From: a virus
Length of the DNA: 64,000 bases
Virus record (IMG/VR): IMGVR_UViG_3300034374_010855
Coordinates: 6,280 to 70,279 of that record
Reading direction: 5' to 3' (one strand)
The translations under genes were made by a program, and so were the position numbers. This document shows, piece by piece, positions 57,580 through 64,000 of the stretch (its first letter is position 1; every line of letters starts with the position of its first letter). The notes under the pieces are model-generated. The model did no database searches, had not been told where the DNA came from, and saw only the letters and a program-made list of their open reading frames with translations.

Positions 57580-59388
57580 ATGGCAGAACAAAATAGAATG
57601 ACGATATTTCAAAGATTAAACAATCTTTTTGGTGCTGAGGGGCCTCAGTCACCTAAAAGGTCATATAACTTTGATAAAAAAGATATATTAAAAACAACTT
57701 CTAAGGTTGATTACGAAAGAACTAAATTAGAATTACAACAAGGTCAATATTTGGCCAACCAATGGCAAAAAATAGAATCCCAACTTTATTCACAAGCAGT
57801 TTATTATGAACCTACTAGATTGGCTTCATATTATGATTATGAATCTATGGAATTTACACCTGAAATATCAGCAGCTTTGGATATTATTTCAGAAGAAGCG
57901 TGCACAATTTCAGAAAGAGGTTATATGTTAAACATTTATTCTGAATCTAAAAGAATAAAATCCATACTTGGTGATTTATTCAATAATGTGTTAGATTTAG
58001 AATCAAATTTACCTATGTGGGTTAGGAACACATGTAAATATGGTGATAATTTTGTTTACCTTAAAATAGACCCAGAAAGGGGTATTGTTGGTGCTAGTCA
58101 ATTACCTAATATAGAAATAGAGCGTATTGAGAAAGGAATGAATACGTTTGAAACAAGAACTGGAGATAAGGAAGAACGTGAAGTTAAGTTTATTTGGAAA
58201 AATAAAAATATGGAGTTCAATACATGGGAAGTTGCTCATTTCAGATTATTAGCTGATGATAGAAGATTACCTTATGGTACTTCTATGTTAGAAAAATCTA
58301 GAAGGATTTGGAAACAACTTTTATTAGCTGAAGACGCGATGTTAATCTATAGAACTTCTAGAGCTCCAGAACGTAGAGTTTTTAAAGTTTATGTTGGTAA
58401 TATGGAAGACCAAGATGTTGAAGCTTATGTACAACGTGTAGCTAATAAATTTAAAAGAGACCCAATAGTTGATAGAGATACTGGTAATGTTGATTTACGT
58501 TATAACCAAATGGCGGTTGACCAAGACTTCTTTATACCGGTTAGGGATTTAGCTGCACCTAATCCAATAGACACATTACCTGGAGCACAAAACTTAGCTG
58601 AAATTGCTGATATTGAATATATTCAGAAAAAATTATTAGCAGCACTAAGAATACCAAAAGCTTTTTTAGGATTTGAGGATGTAGTTGGTGAAGGTAAGAA
58701 TTTAGCTATTCAAGATATTAGATTTGCTAGAAGTATTAATAGAATACAAAAATCAATTATTCAAGAATTAAATAAAATAGCGATTATACATTTGTATATG
58801 TTAGGATTTGAAGATGAGTTGGGTAACTTCACACTAGGATTAACTAACCCATCTACACAGTCTGAACTATTAAAAATAGAACAGTGGAAAGAAAAAATCA
58901 CACTTTATAAAGATGCTGTTACGGACCCAGGTTCTGGTATCCAAGCTGTGTCTGCAACTTGGGGTAAAAAACACATACTTGGTTTCTCAGATGAAGAAAT
59001 TAAATTAGATTTACAACAACAACGTATAGAAAAAGCTGTTGGTGAAGAACTTAATCAAACTGCTACAATAATTAAGAACACTGGTATATTTTCTAATATA
59101 GATAAATTATATGGGGAGATGGAACCAGATGGTGGTGGAGCTGAAGAAGCAGCTGAAGGTGGTGAAATTGAATCTCCTGCAGATACAGGTTTAGAAACTG
59201 GAGTTGAAGAAACCCCACCTGAGACTGGTGAAGCTGGTGCAGGGTTAGACTTAGCTTCTATCAGTAAATCTAAATTACCCTTAATATTAGAAACTATTGA
59301 TAATAATAATTTTGAATTAAATTTATCAAAAGGTAAAGATAAATTAGATGAAGTTAGTGAAAAGTTAGATAGTTTATTAAATGAATAG
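57580..59388 (+). CDS. Portal protein (T4 gp20-like)
   Basis: PEISAALDI, EDAMLIYRTSRAPERRVF, DFFIPVR, IDTLPG, DIRFAR. Confidence 0.95.
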   Translation: MAEQNRMTIFQRLNNLFGAEGPQSPKRSYNFDKKDILKTTSKVDYERTKLELQQGQYLANQWQKIESQLYSQAVYYEPTRLASYYDYESMEFTPEISAALDIISEEACTISERGYMLNIYSESKRIKSILGDLFNNVLDLESNLPMWVRNTCKYGDNFVYLKIDPERGIVGASQLPNIEIERIEKGMNTFETRTGDKEEREVKFIWKNKNMEFNTWEVAHFRLLADDRRLPYGTSMLEKSRRIWKQLLLAEDAMLIYRTSRAPERRVFKVYVGNMEDQDVEAYVQRVANKFKRDPIVDRDTGNVDLRYNQMAVDQDFFIPVRDLAAPNPIDTLPGAQNLAEIADIEYIQKKLLAALRIPKAFLGFEDVVGEGKNLAIQDIRFARSINRIQKSIIQELNKIAIIHLYMLGFEDELGNFTLGLTNPSTQSELLKIEQWKEKITLYKDAVTDPGSGIQAVSATWGKKHILGFSDEEIKLDLQQQRIEKAVGEELNQTATIIKNTGIFSNIDKLYGEMEPDGGGAEEAAEGGEIESPADTGLETGVEETPPETGEAGAGLDLASISKSKLPLILETIDNNNFELNLSKGKDKLDEVSEKLDSLLNE

Positions 59389-59412
59389 ATATTTATTGTT
59401 AAATACAATAAT

Positions 59413-60141
59413 ATGTTCGGTAAAACTAAAAATAAAATAGATAGTATTTTAATTAATACTTTTTCACAGAAACCTAAATTTAAGAATGCTTTCCACACTC
59501 TTATGGAAAGTTTAAAGGATAACCCAACTAACAGAGAATTTTTCGTACTTTACTCTCAAATAGAGAATAAAGCTTTTAGTGATATTAAAGATGCGGAAGA
59601 ATATCTTAATGAATCAATCAAAACTTTAAAATCCAAAAAGAATAAGGTTAATTTAAAAAATATTAACGAATCTATATCTAAATATAAAAATTTTATCGGT
59701 GACTCAACTAATAAATTATATGAAAGTATTGATACGTTAGTGTTTAATGAGAGTGTTTTAGGTATTGAAAAAAGAATAGAGGCTAAAAAATTAATTTTAA
59801 AAAAATTACATAATAGAGAAACAAAAAAAATATCTGAAGCTAAAATACCAAATTCATTATTAATTAATTTATCTACTAAAAATTTCAATAAAAAATATGA
59901 AAATTTAACTGAAAATGATAAACTTGAATTTAAGTCATTATTAGGTAAAAACAATATAGAATTTAAAAATGAGTTTAAAACTTTGGTTGAAGAAGTAACA
60001 ACTAAGTTGGATAATTTAATATCAGAAACTAAAGATTCTCAATTATTGGGTAAATTAAATGAAACTAAAGAAAAAATTTCAAAAACAGTTATAGATAAAG
60101 TTTCTTACTACAAAATAAAAGAACTTAATAAAACATTATAA
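59413..60141 (+). CDS. Hypothetical head-module protein
   Basis: Between portal and protease; TATTTATT at 59390-59397. Confidence 0.72.
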   Translation: MFGKTKNKIDSILINTFSQKPKFKNAFHTLMESLKDNPTNREFFVLYSQIENKAFSDIKDAEEYLNESIKTLKSKKNKVNLKNINESISKYKNFIGDSTNKLYESIDTLVFNESVLGIEKRIEAKKLILKKLHNRETKKISEAKIPNSLLINLSTKNFNKKYENLTENDKLEFKSLLGKNNIEFKNEFKTLVEEVTTKLDNLISETKDSQLLGKLNETKEKISKTVIDKVSYYKIKELNKTL

Positions 60142-60152
60142 AATAAATTATT

Positions 60153-60422
60153 ATGAATAGGGTAATTAATATTTTTAAAGATAGTAACGACATCAATGAA
60201 AAAACTATTGTAGGTTTTTCTTCATTTGCTGTTATGGTTATTTTTGCTATCGCAGATATTGTATCTGGGAGTTTAGGTAAAGATTTAATTATAAATGAAT
60301 TTATTTATAATTCTTTTTTAATTATTACATTAGGTAGTTTTGGTATAGCTGAAGTTGGTAGGATTGCTAATGTTTTTACAAATAAAAAAGATAATTCAAA
60401 TGAACAATTACTTACTGAATAA
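60153..60422 (+). CDS. Two-TM protein, holin-like
   Basis: Two hydrophobic helices and a charged C-terminus in a late operon. Confidence 0.5.
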   Translation: MNRVINIFKDSNDINEKTIVGFSSFAVMVIFAIADIVSGSLGKDLIINEFIYNSFLIITLGSFGIAEVGRIANVFTNKKDNSNEQLLTE

Positions 60423-60501
60423 TAATATGTTCATAAGTAAAAAGTTAATTTTGACACTAGAATAAAATGCTGTTATATTTAAATATAATAACATTTTATT
60501 T

Positions 60502-60933
60502 ATGAAAACAGGAAAACAATTTAAATTAAATTTAAACAAAGATTTTAACACTTACTACGGTAGTGTTGATTACAAAAACCCCAAATCAATATACATCAAC
60601 ATCTCTTCATGGTTTTCTCCTATAAAGGAGTGTGACAATTGGGATAGAGCTGTTAGTGGGTTAAAACGAAATATACAATCAAATATAAATTCTACAAATT
60701 TAAATAATTTATTTTTAGAAAAAAAACAAATTGTAGATTTAGATATTAGAACTAGTGGTATACGTGAAAATAAAAGGAGTTATATGAGTTGTGAAATAAC
60801 TTTATTCCTTAAAAATGAAGAACCCATAAAATCTGATAATGTAAAATTAGTCGTTGAAAACATTTTAACTAACATAATTAACAATAGTTTTAACACATCC
60901 ACATATTTTAATTTTTATAGAACAAAAAAGTAA
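60502..60933 (+). CDS. Hypothetical protein
   Basis: YGSVDYKNPKSIYI..IVDLDIRTSGI. Confidence 0.75.
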   Translation: MKTGKQFKLNLNKDFNTYYGSVDYKNPKSIYINISSWFSPIKECDNWDRAVSGLKRNIQSNINSTNLNNLFLEKKQIVDLDIRTSGIRENKRSYMSCEITLFLKNEEPIKSDNVKLVVENILTNIINNSFNTSTYFNFYRTKK

Positions 60934-60979
60934 ATGATGTATTTTATTATTACTAAAGTATTTATAGTTAAAAGTAATA

Positions 60980-61696
60980 ATGGAAATATTGAAACCAGGA
61001 AAGGTAGGTACGGGTATTTTAATAGAATATGACGCTGGTCACGTATCACCCACTAACACTAATAACAAAAAAGTTATTAAAGAAATGACAGATAGGTCCA
61101 TCCAAGAAGGACCCATAATTTTCCATGCTATACTACAAAAAAGTGGTGTAGAAAATAGAAACGGAAGAGTTTATCCAGAAAACATATTAAAAAGAGAAGT
61201 AGAAAACTATCAGAAATTAATAGAGAAAGGTAGTGCTTTATCAGAACTAAATCACCCAGAATCATCATTAGTCGATTTGGAAAGAAGTTCTCACAGAGTT
61301 TTAGAGACTTGGTGGGATGGTAATATTCTTATGGGTAAATTAGAAATCTTAACATCACCCGCATACCACCAAACTGGTGTTATATCTTGTGTGGGTGATA
61401 TCGCAGCTAATTTATTGAGACACGGAGTAACGTTAGGTATTTCATCAAGAGGTGTCGGTTCATTAGAAAGAGAGAATGGTCAAAATGTAGTACAAGATGA
61501 TTTTGAATTAATTTGTTTTGACTTAGTTTCATCACCATCAACCCCAGGAGCTTATTTATTTAAAAATTTAGAAGATAAAGAACTTTATGATGAATCTTTA
61601 AATCACGATAAACCACAAGAACAAATAACAACTCAAGCTTTAAGTGGTTCATTAAGATTAATGGATAAGTTAGATAGTTTCTTATCGGGATATTAA
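60980..61696 (+). CDS. Prohead core protease (T4 gp21-like)
   Basis: NRNGRVYP, ELNHP, GISSRGVGS, FDLVSSPS; TATTTATA at 60959-60966. Confidence 0.95.
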   Translation: MEILKPGKVGTGILIEYDAGHVSPTNTNNKKVIKEMTDRSIQEGPIIFHAILQKSGVENRNGRVYPENILKREVENYQKLIEKGSALSELNHPESSLVDLERSSHRVLETWWDGNILMGKLEILTSPAYHQTGVISCVGDIAANLLRHGVTLGISSRGVGSLERENGQNVVQDDFELICFDLVSSPSTPGAYLFKNLEDKELYDESLNHDKPQEQITTQALSGSLRLMDKLDSFLSGY

Positions 61697-61798
61697 AAAT
61701 AATAATTTATCTTTTATTTGTATTATAAGAGGAGTTTTTAATTATTGGTAGTATTTATAATAAAAATAAAACTTTAAAAAGCGCTTAATAAAAAAGAT

Positions 61799-63277
61799 AT
61801 GGCAGATAACAAATCAGTCTTAGAACAGGCCTTACTAGAGGCACAACAGCTAGAAGAAGCTGTTAAATCTAATGCAAAAGAAATACTTGCAGCTACTATG
61901 AAGCAAGAAATTGAAGAGTTAGTTAAAGAATCATTAAATGAACAAGAAGAAGATGACTTTGTCGGTACTAGTGAAGAAGAAGTCTCTGTTGAGTTCGATG
62001 ATGATGATTTTGATGACGAAGAATATGAAGACCAAGAAGAAGAGGAATTAATGATTCCTGCAGGAGAAGAAGCAATGGTATCTATGGAAATGGATACGGA
62101 TGAACCAACACTCGACCTAACACAAGCATCTGACGAAGAAGTAATGAAAGTTTTCAAAGCTATGGGAGCTGAAGATGGAATCGTTGTTACACAAGATGGA
62201 GACACAATTGAACTTGAAGACCAGGGAACTGGTACTGAATATAAAATTGAATTGGCCGAGAGTAAATTTAAGAATAATCTTCTAATTAACGAAGGTTATG
62301 ATAATGATTCAATGGAGTACGTTGATGATGAAGAAATTATGGAAATGGAAAAAGATTTCGAAGAAGGTTGGAAAAAAGGTATGTATGAAATGAAAATGAA
62401 AGACATGTATGAAATGGATGACGAAATGTCAGAAATGAAAATGAAAGGTATGTATGAAATGGAAATGGATGATGAACCTATTTATGAAATTTCTTTAGAG
62501 GACGAAATGGATATGGATGAAGAAGACATGGACATTAAGGAATTACAAGAAATGGGAGATATGTCTTACGAAGAAATGGAAGAAGGTGATTATGGTTTTA
62601 AACGCCCTATGGGTCGTTCAAAACAAGGTTACCTAGATAGAGAGGATGAAATGTTGGGTGGTGAACACGGACATGAAGACTCTGAATTTTCATTAAAAGA
62701 TAGAGCTAGAATGGCTAGAGGTACTAGAAAATTTGACCAAGAAATGGGAGAAGCTTCAAGAACTTATGGTTTTGGTTCTAAATCTGGAAGAGGACTTAGA
62801 AAAGGATTTACTAACAACAGAAATTTAGACTTCCCAATTAATGAATCATCTAGAGAATCTATTAACAAGATACTTAAAACAGCTAAACAACTACAAACAG
62901 AGAATCAACATTTCAGACAGAAAAATAAAGAATATAGACAAGCTCTTAAAGTATTCAGAGATAAATTAAATGAAGTAGCTGTATTTAACGCTAATTTGGC
63001 TTATTCAACTAAATTATTCACTGAACACACAACAACTAAAAAAGAGAAAGTTAACATTCTTAGACGTTTTGATGGCGTTAAAACTCTGAATGAAAGCAAA
63101 AACTTGTTCAATACATTAAATTCAGAATTTAATTCTAAAGTTAATAAGTTGAATGAGTCGGTTCAAAAAACCATTACTAAAACCCCTTCTGGTGGTTCTT
63201 CAGTCAATTTGATTGAAAGTAAAACTTATGAAAGTCCTCAAATTACTAGGATGAGAGAGATTATGAATAAGTTATAA
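61799..63277 (+). CDS. Prohead scaffolding/core protein (gp22-like)
   Basis: Between protease and MCP; acidic with coiled-coil C-terminus; numerous LNE/INE sites; TATTTATA at 61752-61759. Confidence 0.82.
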   Translation: MADNKSVLEQALLEAQQLEEAVKSNAKEILAATMKQEIEELVKESLNEQEEDDFVGTSEEEVSVEFDDDDFDDEEYEDQEEEELMIPAGEEAMVSMEMDTDEPTLDLTQASDEEVMKVFKAMGAEDGIVVTQDGDTIELEDQGTGTEYKIELAESKFKNNLLINEGYDNDSMEYVDDEEIMEMEKDFEEGWKKGMYEMKMKDMYEMDDEMSEMKMKGMYEMEMDDEPIYEISLEDEMDMDEEDMDIKELQEMGDMSYEEMEEGDYGFKRPMGRSKQGYLDREDEMLGGEHGHEDSEFSLKDRARMARGTRKFDQEMGEASRTYGFGSKSGRGLRKGFTNNRNLDFPINESSRESINKILKTAKQLQTENQHFRQKNKEYRQALKVFRDKLNEVAVFNANLAYSTKLFTEHTTTKKEKVNILRRFDGVKTLNESKNLFNTLNSEFNSKVNKLNESVQKTITKTPSGGSSVNLIESKTYESPQITRMREIMNKL

Positions 63278-63315
63278 TAATTAAATAAACGCTAACTAAA
63301 AAAAACAAATTAAAA

Positions 63316-64000
63316 ATGGGAGCATTATTAGAATCTGGTATGGTCGGAAACATTGGTTTAAAACACCTTAAAGTTATCCGCGAAGATACTATTGGAAAAT
63401 GGAACAAGCTTGGGTTCCTTAACGGATTAAATGGGCACACAAAAGAAAACATCGCTCAATTATACGAAAATCAAGCAACACACTTAATTAACGAAGCTAC
63501 GTCATCTGACGCTTCAGGTTCATTCGAAACGGTTGTTTTCCCAATCATTCGTAGAGTATTCTCTAAGTTATTGGCAAACGATATCGTTTCTGTACAAGCT
63601 ATGAACTTACCTATCGGTAAATTGTTCTACTTTGTACCTAAAATTTCACAAAGAGTTGCTGTTAACGGTAGCCCTCAAGCAGGACCTGCAGGTGGTATGG
63701 AAGGACACACTAACCCAATCGGAGGTGGTTTTTCAAATGATACTACTACTTTTGACACAGTAAACCTTTATGACGCATTCTACGAAGGTAACGGAAGAGA
63801 AGGTTTATTTGACCGTTCAAAAGGAGCTTATTCAGCTTTCACTTACGGAACTACTATTCAAGTATGGAACACAACTGGTAACGCATTAGTACCAACTTCA
63901 ACTAATAACTTAGGTTCTCTTGCAGCATCTGGTAGTACAACACTTTGTACAAATGGTGGTTTAAGGTCAGCTATTGTATCTTTAACTGGTTTCCAATCTG
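63316..64000 (+). CDS. Major capsid protein (T4 gp23-like), 5' part; runs off window edge
   Basis: Not in ORF track; MGALLESG..LYENQATHLINE-ATS..FPIIRRVF..ANDIVSVQAMNLPIGKLFY. Confidence 0.95.
   Translation, partial: MGALLESGMVGNIGLKHLKVIREDTIGKWNKLGFLNGLNGHTKENIAQLYENQATHLINEATSSDASGSFETVVFPIIRRVFSKLLANDIVSVQAMNLPIGKLFYFVPKISQRVAVNGSPQAGPAGGMEGHTNPIGGGFSNDTTTFDTVNLYDAFYEGNGREGLFDRSKGAYSAFTYGTTIQVWNTTGNALVPTSTNNLGSLAASGSTTLCTNGGLRSAIVSLTGFQS

Noticed and set aside
8076-62205. Many Ser/Leu/Phe-rich antisense ORFs in the track (e.g. 8076, 24807, 42992, 44654, 51668, 59055, 61774)
   Set aside because: They mirror the codon bias of well-supported genes on the opposite strand and have no promoters or recognisable motifs.
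1-64000. Bacterial chromosome or prophage boundary (glyA, dnaK, clpC, ssrA, sod look cellular)
   Set aside because: These genes are interspersed with phage hypotheticals and late motifs, with no integrase, att site or host operon context; a lytic large-phage genome fits better.

Overview
An AT-rich, gene-dense 64-kb segment of a large T4-like (jumbo-type) myophage that uses the standard genetic code. The host is most likely in Bacteroidota, based on TAnnTTTG/TTTG sigma promoters, the absence of SD sites, T9SS-cargo genes and a tmRNA tag starting GE. The left ~22 kb is mostly minus-strand early/accessory genes: guaB-like, glyA, thyA, tdk, dCMP deaminase, GH16, a thioesterase, tRNA-Arg(UCU), secreted and lipoproteins, and two T9SS-cargo-like proteins. 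From ~22 kb onward most genes are plus-strand late genes behind a TATTTAT(A/T) motif. They include many proteins sharing short N-terminal leaders and (I/L)-x-E sites (a SOD, annexin-like, PT-TG-like and nuclease-like proteins, and a Cys-rich polyprotein), a tail fibre, and the head module (terminase, portal, prohead protease, scaffold, start of the major capsid gene). A proteostasis cluster (tmRNA, peptidase, frameshifted ClpC, DnaK) lies at 41-49 kb. The most novel-looking signal is a putative capsid-addressing and protease-maturation system for modular virion cargo. All family calls come from motif recognition by eye, not database searches.
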